Below are positions 26,310 through 36,918 of a stretch of DNA of 64,000 nucleotides, piece by piece. The position numbers were made by a program, and so were the translations under genes. The notes below the pieces were generated by a model. It made no database searches, was not told the origin of the DNA, and saw only the letters and a program-made list of their open reading frames with translations. Each line of letters begins with the position of its first letter. Position 1 is the stretch's first letter. The stretch spans positions 54,252,001-54,316,000 of the forward strand of contig OZ249436.1 in NCBI GenBank assembly GCA_965235115.1. Direction: 5' to 3'. The stretch is from Laetmonice hystrix. Lineage: Eukaryota.

Positions 26310-26914
26310 CTCGCGTGGGCTCAAAGGCAGAAGTGACTAGATCTGTGTCCAAAAGTACCATTATGAGAAAAATGAGTTTGAAGTTTTGATTGCTTCCTTA
26401 AATTTAGAAAACGGAAGACATAGACAGGTCAGTGACGATTCTACCTGTAAAAATGATTGTCTACATACCCTTATAAGCCTTTGAATACAATAAAGATTAT
26501 GAATACAATAAAGGGGCCAAAAATGCAAAGAATGCCCCCAAAAATTGACATAACCATTTCTAGGAGCAACAAAGCTAACGGGGCTATTTAGGCGCAATAA
26601 AGAAAATACCTGGCAAAGCCATGAACAATGAACACCAACTTTAATCAACACTAAAGTAATGCTCAGCGTACAACTGGTGCATTGACCTAATTAGCTCGAA
26701 TTGTCTATGTCCGACATAGTCAGTTCTGGCTGCAACCAGTACACCCAGTAATGGACATAATCAAAATCTTCTGGTAATGATTGGCTATAACTAACAGGAT
26801 GGGGACATATACATATTTAGCAGTGACAGTACAGACATAAAGAGTAAGCCTGGTGGCATTAACTCATTTTGCCTAAAAATGGACATAGTCACTTCTGCTT
26901 TTGGGCCCACGGTG
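26310..26914. mobile_element. ~600-bp non-autonomous DNA transposon with CAC-GTG termini (Transib-like); one per C segment, 6 copies
   Basis: Right end reads inward CACCGTGGGCCCAAAAGCAGAAGTGACTATGTCC; left end CGCGTGGGCTCAAAGGCAGAAGTGACTAGATCTGTGTCC. The best-preserved pair is in the last copy (49116-49697). No ORF and no clear TSD. Confidence 0.6.
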
Positions 26915-27681
26915 CGTGTGTGTCTGCATCTGTAATCTCTTAGGTCCTCATAATTGGTATTTGGTTAATTGGGTTTTAAATACAATCTAAGACGGGTAAG
27001 CAAGATCTGTGTGGTAAAAAGAGTAGGTGAAAGATATGCCAGTATACGCACTCTAATAAATTCTTGTGCTATAAATACCAGGTGTTGGTTTCTATTGTCC
27101 AGGTTTGTTTGTCACACCTCAGGCCGGTGACTCTGTACGTCAGTCAGTTCCAGTCAACAGTTTTACCTGGAGACAGTATGAAATCGCCAGACATGCTAGG
27201 TTGTAGCCCCTTGACTTCATTTGGACAGACAGGACGGTGGAAATGGTGTCTTGATTAATGTGAAATACGGTTCTACCTGGGAAACCTTCTTATGTTTAGT
27301 CAGTGTTCACTTATATTACTTTGTGATAAAGAACCCACTAAAATACAGCCATGTAGGCAATTGGTTTTGCAGGTGAGGCCCTAATTTGTATATAAATGAC
27401 TGTAACTATGTGGACCTTGACGCTGGTGACGACTGTCGTATGCAGAACGTCGGTGTCACGTGCCTCATTGTCCATGTTGCCCCGATTTTATCATTTTTAT
27501 TAATATCTTTTAATAAAATGAACTTGCAGCAAGAAACTATGGATGGGCACCCCATTTTTAGTGCTCCAGACGGGATCGACACCTCCAAGTCTTTGGTTGT
27601 CGCCTGTAAAATGTTTTTATCTTACTAAAACAATGTGGTTGTATGGGACACCACTCTGGAGGTTCAGCTTGACCCCCCCTC

Positions 27682-27689
27682 TATATAAA
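27682..27689 (+). promoter_or_regulatory. TATA box upstream of the candidate structured RNA (repeated in all 5 copies)
   Basis: TATATAAA ending 27 nt before the first base of the terminal stem. Confidence 0.6.
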
Positions 27690-27715
27690 GCCACGAAACC
27701 ACTGGTCACATGTAC

Positions 27716-28086
27716 AGTGAACGGTCACGTCTGAAAGTATCGCTTAGATAGACTCGGGTCTGTCTCCCATGAACTGGCTGATGGGTCGGAAGGAGCTTGC
27801 ATGGGTCCACGTTCGGTCGTAGTCTGGCAACACGTGCTGATGGTCAAACACTGACAGTATGATGAGTCACGAAGTGTCCATTTGGAGCCGGGAGGGTGCA
27901 AGGCTGAGAAAAGTGCGACATGACTCTTCTAAAGGGATGTAGCAATACAACCCGTTCCCCGTCAGTGGGTCGATCTGTGGCATAGTTCCGTATGGCGACT
28001 ATCATTGGGTTATCACGTGTTGTCTCAGACGCCAGATCTTCGAACGGTAGGATGAATGGATCTAGTCGACTAAGACCAAGTTCACT
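27716..28086 (+). ncRNA. Candidate ~370-nt structured, Pol III-like ncRNA of unknown family (copy 1 of 5)
   Basis: TATA upstream; ends pair (AGTGAAC/GTTCACT, GGTC/GACC) and are followed at once by an oligo-T run; ten further nested helices, two 5' hairpins and a GCAA tetraloop hairpin. Confidence 0.7.
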
Positions 28087-28101
28087 TTTTCTTTTTTTTT
28101 T
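28086..28101 (+). terminator. Oligo-T run, Pol III terminator-like
   Basis: TTTTTCTTTTTTTTTT directly after the terminal stem of the candidate RNA. Confidence 0.55.
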
Positions 28102-28280
28102 CTTTTCTTCTCTGTCTCTCTGTCTCTCTGTTTCTCTCTCTGGCTGTCTGCCTCTCTGTCTGTCTGTCTGTCTGTCTCCACTCTCTCCCCTCTCTCTTTC
28201 TCCCTCTCGCTCGCCATCCCCATATCTCTTTTTGCCCCCTCTCTCTCTCTCTGTCTCTCTCTCTCTCTCCCACTCTCTCA
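28102..28280. repeat. Polypyrimidine (CT)n/(CTGT)n compound microsatellite, one per D segment
   Basis: tctctgtctctctgtctctc...tgtctgtctg...ctctctctc; varies in length between copies. Confidence 0.9.
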
Positions 28281-31200
28281 CTTACATTTTAAGAGGGGCA
28301 TCAAGCAGTGATAGGCATAATTCTGTATTTAAACTTACGCTGGGTGTTTGTCTTTCGATTAACCATCGGTTCGGCTAATGTCACAGGGAAATCCGCCATA
28401 TAGCTTTTCAAAAGAAAGATCCCCAATTCGGCAAGAGGTGCCTAATACAACACGTACTTTCTATAAATAGGGTTATTTCCCCATGGTAACTTCCAGACAA
28501 AATTTTGGGTAGGGGTTCGGGTTAAGGTCAGGGATAGGGATAGGGATAGGATAGGGATATGTTTTTGGGAGGTGTAGGGACTGGGATTAGGGATAAGGTC
28601 GGGGCTATGGATCTCTACTTTCGACGAAATTTCGTGGGGTTTAAGTTACCATGAGGGATGTACAATAAACAGGGGTTAGGAAGTCATGCTTACGTTTCAC
28701 TATTTCCCTTTACATTGAGTGACCTTGTGACGTCAATCAAGGTCAGGGACATTTTCGACGATTCAATCTAGAAACACTTCACGATCACTAGGCCCCTATT
28801 TACTTCAAATGATGGATGAAGACAAGAAGTTTCTTTGTGACTCATGTATCAAAGATGTTCTTGCATGGACTGTATCTAAAAAAACAAAGTACAATGTATA
28901 TCATATCATACAGGTTGGTACGCAATGAACACAACTGGACAATAGGAACACTTCAGTTTTACACGTTTTCAGCTTCATTTTTCGATTTAGTCTGACCATA
29001 AATTTGCCACATGATTTAGAGCGTAGCCCTTTCCTTTGACATATCACCCAGTTCATGATCATCTCCGTTTAGTGGCGGTCGCCACATAATTTAAGTGGCG
29101 GCCGCCAGATTTTCTTTTTGTTTCTTTTTTTTGCGCTGGCAAAGATATAAACCGTGTGGCAATGCAGGTCTTTCGTAGAGCCCCCCTGTTTCCGTTCCTG
29201 AAAAGGAAATTTATAGGGGAGGGCCCCATTTGGGCTCCGTCTTGTGCTGCCACCTAACGACGCCTGAAATCAATCACCCGGAATTGACGGCAGAGGGTGC
29301 GAGTGTATGGATAGCTCCAGCTGCAGGAAGTGGGCTGTACGCATACAGGATTGGAACTTATATTTACATAGAGGAGAAGTTATTCTATTAGACTCTTTCA
29401 ATAATTTGTGACCAGGCAAATACAAATGTAGGCTACACATCACAACCATATATCTGTAGCGAACGTACGAGACCTATACGTTTGACAGTTATACATCTGG
29501 CCTAAGAATCATAATTTTGGGTGGCGTAGTTTCAATTTGACGTATCAAAAATGTAGCCATTGTTCACTTATCATTGCTTTAACCTGTTTCTCGCCTAAGA
29601 GCCACAGGTGCCTGCCAGCCCGGCCAGGTGTACGTGGTGATTCCACCGCTAGCCGGAAGGTAGCAGTGCAGTCGGAGCCGCCGCCGCCGCTTCAGCAGAG
29701 CCGCGCTGCAGCCTGGTGTTTTCTGCCTGCAACATTTCTGTGTAATCTTTCTTTGTTTGTTTGTTACTTGGGGATGCGATATCTGATATAGAGAAGGCGT
29801 ACAACGTCATTTGCCATTGCTAACTAAACATTGACGGCAAACAGTCATTGCGACGACCTGACAACGTTGTCGGACGCTTACAGATGGTCTGTAGGGGACA
29901 CAGATTAGATGGGAGTATGAAACGTATGGCCTGCCTCCTGGACAGTAAAGGCATGGAAACATGAAACATGAGGCGTCCCTATACTACTGGCTACTCTTGT
30001 ATACAAGCAAATGGTACAGGGAGGCCAAACAGTACAGAGAGGAATTGCTACAAGGTATATTGGCTGGCCTAGCACCCAAGCGAACACTACAGTGAGGCCA
30101 AAGAGTACAGTGAGGCCAAACAGTACACTGTGGGGCCAAGCAGTGTGGGAGGCCAACCAGTCGAGTGAGAAGTCCCTACATCTTACCGGCTGCATGGCCT
30201 AGTAGACATGCAAACACTACAGTGAGGTAGTGGAAATGAAAGGTACAGGCGAGGAGCATCTAATGTTAAAATCTGGAGAAGATACTCAAATGGGAAGTGT
30301 ATATTCAGTTACCCTCGTCTCGGAGTCGAACTTTACGGGCTATTTGGTCGGCCTCTAGAAACAGCGACGCAAAGACAGCGCATTCAGCGCCTGACATTCT
30401 GACTACTTTTGAGGTCAATCAATTTATCACCAAGCCAAGGCTGTCCATTTGTCGCTATGTCGCATTAATGGAACAACAACAACAACGCAAATGCGACAAG
30501 GAAAAAAGCATTTTGTGAGACAAAAGTGGTGACCTGTGACAAAAGTGGTAAAAATGACAAAAGTGGTTGCTTCAGTAGATAAGATAAGATAAGATAAGAG
30601 ATATGTTTATTAGCAACCATAAAAGTATAGTTGGATTTGGTACAATAGGATATTTAAAAAATGAATAAGTATCAATACATTGGTAGAATTGATTAAGACA
30701 GTATACTCGCGTGGGCTCAAAGGCAGAAGTGACTAGATCTGTGTCCAAAAGTACCATTATGAGAAAAATGAGTTTGAAGTTTTGATTGCTTCCTTAAATT
30801 TAGAAAACGGAAGACATAGACAGGTCAGTGACGATTCTACCTGTAAAAATGATTGTCTACATACCCTTATAAGCCTTTGAATACAATAAAGATTATGAAT
30901 ACAATAAAGGGGCCAAAAATGCAAAGAATGCCCCCAAAAATTGACATAACCATTTCTAGGAGCAACAAAGCTAAATATTTTCAATTTTGAAGACACAAAT
31001 ATTTAGGCGCAATAAAGAAAATACCTGGCAAAGCCATGAACAATGAACACCAACTTTAATCAACACTAAAGTAATGCTCAGCGTACAACTGGTGCATTGA
31101 CCTAATTAGCTCGAATTGTCTATGTCCGACATAGTCAGTTCTGGCTGCAACCAGTACACCCAGTAATGGACATAATCAAAATCTTCTGGTAATGATTGGC

Positions 31201-32130
31201 TATAACTAACAGGATGGGGACATATACATATTTAGCAGTGACAGTACAGACATAAAGAGTAAGCCTGGTGGCATTAACTCATTTTGCCTAAAAATGGACA
31301 TAGTCACTTCTGCTTTTGGGCCCACGGTGCGTGTGTGTCTGCATCTGTAATCTCTTAGGTCCTCATAATTGGTATTTGGTTAATTGGGTTTTAAATACAA
31401 TCTAAGACGGGTAAGCAAGATCTGTGTGGTAAAAAGAGTAGGTGAAAGATATGCCAGTATACGCACTCTAATAAATTCTTGTGCTATAAATACCAGGTGT
31501 TGGTTTCTATTGTCCAGGTTTGTTTGTCACACCTCAGGCCGGTGACTCTGTACGTCAGTCAGTTCCAGTCAACAGTTTTACCTGGAGACAGTATGAAATC
31601 GCCAGACATGCTAGGTTGTAGCCCCTTGACTTCATTTGGACAGACAGGACGGTGGAAATGGTGTCTTGATTAATGTGAAATACGGTTCTACCTGGGAAAC
31701 CTTCTTATGTTTAGTCAGTGTTCACTTATATTACTTTGTGATAAAGAACCCACTAAAATACAGCCATGTAGGCAATTGGTTTTGCAGGTGAGGCCCTAAT
31801 TTGTATATAAATGACTGTAACTATGTGGACCTTGACGCTGGTGACGACTGTCGTATGCAGAACGTCGGTGTCACGTGCCTCATTGTCCATGTTGCCCCGA
31901 TTTTATCATTTTTATTAATATCTTTTAATAAAATGAACTTGCAGCAAGAAACTATGGATGGGCACCCCATTTTTAGTGCTCCAGACGGGATCGACACCTC
32001 CAAGTCTTTGGTTGTCGCCTGTAAAATGTTTTTATCTTACTAAAACAATGTGGTTGTATGGGACACCACTCTGGAGGTTCAGCTTGACCCCCCCTCTATA
32101 TAAAGCCACGAAACCACTGGTCACATGTAC

Positions 32131-32501
32131 AGTGAACGGTCACGTCTGAAAGTATCGCTTAGATAGACTCGGGTCTGTCTCCCATGAACTGGCTGATGGG
32201 TCGGAAGGAGCTTGCATGGGTCCACGTTCGGTCGTAGTCTGGCAACACGTGCTGATGGTCAAACACTGACAGTATGATGAGTCACGAAGTGTCCATTTGG
32301 AGCCGGGAGGGTGCAAGGCTGAGAAAAGTGCGACATGACTCTTCTAAAGGGATGTAGCAATACAACCCGTTCCCCGTCAGTGGGTCGATCTGTGGCATAG
32401 TTCCGTATGGCGACTATCATTGGGTTATCACGTGTTGTCTCAGACGCCAGATCTTCGAACGGTAGGATGAATGGATCTAGTCGACTAAGACCAAGTTCAC
32501 T
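32131..32501 (+). ncRNA. Candidate structured ncRNA, copy 2
   Basis: Appears identical to copy 1, with the same TATA and T-run. Confidence 0.68.
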
Positions 32502-35500
32502 TTTTCTTTTTTTTTTCTTTTCTTCTCTGTCTCTCTGTCTCTCTGTTTCTCTCTCTGGCTGTCTGCCTCTCTGTCTGTCTGTCTGTCTGTCTCCACTCTC
32601 TCCCCTCTCTCTTTCTCCCTCTCGCTCGCCATCCCCATATCTCTTTTTGCCCCCTCTCTCTCTCTCTGTCTCTCTCTCTCTCTCCCACTCTCTCACTTAC
32701 ATTTTAAGAGGGGCATCAAGCAGTGATAGGCATAATTCTGTATTTAAACTTACGCTGGGTGTTTGTCTTTCGATTAACCATCGGTTCGGCTAATGTCACA
32801 GGGAAATCCGCCATATAGCTTTTCAAAAGAAAGATCCCCAATTCGGCAAGAGGTGCCTAATACAACACGTACTTTCTATAAATAGGGTTATTTCCCCATG
32901 GTAACTTCCAGACAAAATTTTGGGTAGGGGTTCGGGTTAAGGTCAGGGATAGGGATAGGGATAGGATAGGGATATGTTTTTGGGAGGTGTAGGGACTGGG
33001 ATTAGGGATAAGGTCGGGGCTATGGATCTCTACTTTCGACGAAATTTCGTGGGGTTTAAGTTACCATGAGGGATGTACAATAAACAGGGGTTAGGAAGTC
33101 ATGCTTACGTTTCACTATTTCCCTTTACATTGAGTGACCTTGTGACGTCAATCAAGGTCAGGGACATTTTCGACGATTCAATCTAGAAACACTTCACGAT
33201 CACTAGGCCCCTATTTACTTCAAATGATGGATGAAGACAAGAAGTTTCTTTGTGACTCATGTATCAAAGATGTTCTTGCATGGACTGTATCTAAAAAAAC
33301 AAAGTACAATGTATATCATATCATACAGGTTGGTACGCAATGAACACAACTGGACAATAGGAACACTTCAGTTTTACACGTTTTCAGCTTCATTTTTCGA
33401 TTTAGTCTGACCATAAATTTGCCACATGATTTAGAGCGTAGCCCTTTCCTTTGACATATCACCCAGTTCATGATCATCTCCGTTTAGTGGCGGTCGCCAC
33501 ATAATTTAAGTGGCGGCCGCCAGATTTTCTTTTTGTTTCTTTTTTTTTTGCGCTGGCAAAGATATAAACCGTGTGGCAATGCAGGTCTTTCGTAGAGCCC
33601 CCCTGTTTCCGTTCCTGAAAAGGAAATTTATAGGGGAGGGCCCCATTTGGGCTCCGTCTTGTGCTGCCACCTAACGACGCCTGAAATCAATCACCCGGAA
33701 TTGACGGCAGAGGGTGCGAGTGTATGGATAGCTCCAGCTGCAGGAAGTGGGCTGTACGCATACAGGATTGGAACTTATATTTACATAGAGGAGAAGTTAT
33801 TCTATTAGACTCTTTCAATAATTTGTGACCAGGCAAATACAAATGTAGGCTACACATCACAACCATATATCTGTAGCGAACGTACGAGACCTATACGTTT
33901 GACAGTTATACATCTGGCCTAAGAATCATAATTTTGGGTGGCGTAGTTTCAATTTGACGTATCAAAAATGTAGCCATTGTTCACTTATCATTGCTTTAAC
34001 CTGTCTCTCGCCTAAGAGCCACAGGTGCCTGCCAGCCCGGCCAGGTGTACGTGGTGATTCCACCGCTAGCCGGAAGGTAGCAGTGCAGTCGGAGCCGCCG
34101 CCGCCGCTTCAGCAGAGCCGCGCTGCAGCCTGGTGTTTTCTGCCTGCAACATTTCTGTGTAATCTTTCTTTGTTTGTTTGTTACTTGGGGATGCGATATC
34201 TGATATAGAGAAGGCGTACAACGTCATTTGCCATTGCTAACTAAACATTGACGGCAAACAGTCATTGCGACGACCTGACAACGTTGTCGGACGCTTACAG
34301 ATGGTCTGTAGGGGACACAGATTAGATGGGAGTATGAAACGTATGGCCTGCCTCCTGGACAGTAAAGGCATGGAAACATGAAACATGAGGCGTCCCTATA
34401 CTACTGGCTACTCTTGTATACAAGCAAATGGTACAGGGAGGCCAAACAGTACAGAGAGGAATTGCTACAAGGTATATTGGCTGGCCTAGCACCCAAGCGA
34501 ACACTACAGTGAGGCCAAAGAGTACAGTGAGGCCAAACAGTACACTGTGGGGCCAAGCAGTGTGGGAGGCCAACCAGTCGAGTGAGAAGTCCCTACATCT
34601 TACCGGCTGCATGGCCTAGTAGACATGCAAACACTACAGTGAGGTAGTGGAAATGAAAGGTACAGGCGAGGAGCATCTAATGTTAAAATCTGGAGAAGAT
34701 ACTCAAATGGGAAGTGTATATTCAGTTACCCTCGTCTCGGAGTCGAACTTTACGGGCTATTTGGTCGGCCTCTAGAAACAGCGACGCAAAGACAGCGCAT
34801 TCAGCGCCTGACATTCTGACTACTTTTGAGGTCAATCAATTTATCACCAAGCCAAGGCTGTCCATTTGTCGCTATGTCGCATTAATGGAACAACAACAAC
34901 AACGCAAATGCGACAAGGAAAAAAGCATTTTGTGAGACAAAAGTGGTGACCTGTGACAAAAGTGGTAAAAATGACAAAAGTGGTTGCTTCAGTAGATAAG
35001 ATAAGATAAGATAAGAGATATGTTTATTAGCAACCATAAAAGTATAGTTGGATTTGGTACAATAGGATATTTAAAAAATGAATAAGTATCAATACATTGG
35101 TAGAATTGATTAAGACAGTATACTCGCGTGGGCTCAAAGGCAGAAGTGACTAGATCTGTGTCCAAAAGTACCATTATGAGAAAAATGAGTTTGAAGTTTT
35201 GATTGCTTCCTTAAATTTAGAAAACGGAAGACATAGACAGGTCAGTGACGATTCTACCTGTAAAAATGATTGTCTACATACCCTTATAAGCCTTTGAATA
35301 CAATAAAGATTATGAATACAATAAAGGGGCCAAAAATGCAAAGAATGCCCCCAAAAATTGACATAACCATTTCTAGGAGCAACAAAGCTAAATATTTTCA
35401 ATTTTGAAGACACAAATATTTAGGCGCAATAAAGAAAATACCTGGCAAAGCCATGAACAATGAACACCAACTTTAATCAACACTAAAGTAATGCTCAGCG

Positions 35501-36547
35501 TACAACTGGTGCATTGACCTAATTAGCTCGAATTGTCTATGTCCGACATAGTCAGTTCTGGCTGCAACCAGTACACCCAGTAATGGACATAATCAAAATC
35601 TTCTGGTAATGATTGGCTATAACTAACAGGATGGGGACATATACATATTTAGCAGTGACAGTACAGACATAAAGAGTAAGCCTGGTGGCATTAACTCATT
35701 TTGCCTAAAAATGGACATAGTCACTTCTGCTTTTGGGCCCACGGTGCGTGTGTGTCTGCATCTGTAATCTCTTAGGTCCTCATAATTGGTATTTGGTTAA
35801 TTGGGTTTTAAATACAATCTAAGACGGGTAAGCAAGATCTGTGTGGTAAAAAGAGTAGGTGAAAGATATGCCAGTATACGCACTCTAATAAATTCTTGTG
35901 CTATAAATACCAGGTGTTGGTTTCTATTGTCCAGGTTTGTTTGTCACACCTCAGGCCGGTGACTCTGTACGTCAGTCAGTTCCAGTCAACAGTTTTACCT
36001 GGAGACAGTATGAAATCGCCAGACATGCTAGGTTGTAGCCCCTTGACTTCATTTGGACAGACAGGACGGTGGAAATGGTGTCTTGATTAATGTGAAATAC
36101 GGTTCTACCTGGGAAACCTTCTTATGTTTAGTCAGTGTTCACTTATATTACTTTGTGATAAAGAACCCACTAAAATACAGCCATGTAGGCAATTGGTTTT
36201 GCAGGTGAGGCCCTAATTTGTATATAAATGACTGTAACTATGTGGACCTTGACGCTGGTGACGACTGTCGTATGCAGAACGTCGGTGTCACGTGCCTCAT
36301 TGTCCATGTTGCCCCGATTTTATCATTTTTATTAATATCTTTTAATAAAATGAACTTGCAGCAAGAAACTATGGATGGGCACCCCATTTTTAGTGCTCCA
36401 GACGGGATCGACACCTCCAAGTCTTTGGTTGTCGCCTGTAAAATGTTTTTATCTTACTAAAACAATGTGGTTGTATGGGACACCACTCTGGAGGTTCAGC
36501 TTGACCCCCCCTCTATATAAAGCCACGAAACCACTGGTCACATGTAC

Positions 36548-36918
36548 AGTGAACGGTCACGTCTGAAAGTATCGCTTAGATAGACTCGGGTCTGTCTCCC
36601 ATGAACTGGCTGATGGGTCGGAAGGAGCTTGCATGGGTCCACGTTCGGTCGTAGTCTGGCAACACGTGCTGATGGTCAAACACTGACAGTATGATGAGTC
36701 ACGAAGTGTCCACTTGGAGCCGGGAGGGTGCAAGGCTGAGAAAAGTGCGACATGACTCTTCTAAAGGGATGTAGCAATACAACCCGTTCCCCGTCAGTGG
36801 GTCGATCTGTGGCATAGTTCCGTATGGCGACTATCATTGGGTTATCACGTGTTGTCTCAGACGCCAGATCTTCGAACGGTAGGATGAATGGATCTAGTCG
36901 ACTAAGACCAAGTTCACT
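36548..36918 (+). ncRNA. Candidate structured ncRNA, copy 3
   Basis: As copy 1 except T>C at 36713, turning a U.G pair into C-G. Confidence 0.68.

Noticed and set aside
25901..27734. Short recurrent ORFs of 60-96 aa in segments C and D
   Set aside because: No recognisable domains, several non-ATG starts; recurrence reflects DNA-level duplication only.
27716..28086. Assignment of the candidate RNA to 7SK, SRP, RNase P/MRP, U3, telomerase RNA or a hammerhead retrozyme
   Set aside because: No GGATGTG start or 3' hairpin (7SK); no proper Alu or helix-8 motif, only a loose GGTCGGAAGGAGC resemblance (SRP); no P4 CR-I/CR-V pair (P/MRP); no CTAACCCT template; no CTGANGA...GAAA core. Rejected by eye only; Rfam cmscan is needed.
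27844..28378. RE-rich (minus) and SL-rich (plus) ORFs of 128-145 aa in each macro-unit
   Set aside because: Translations of the CT microsatellite; frames shift between copies.
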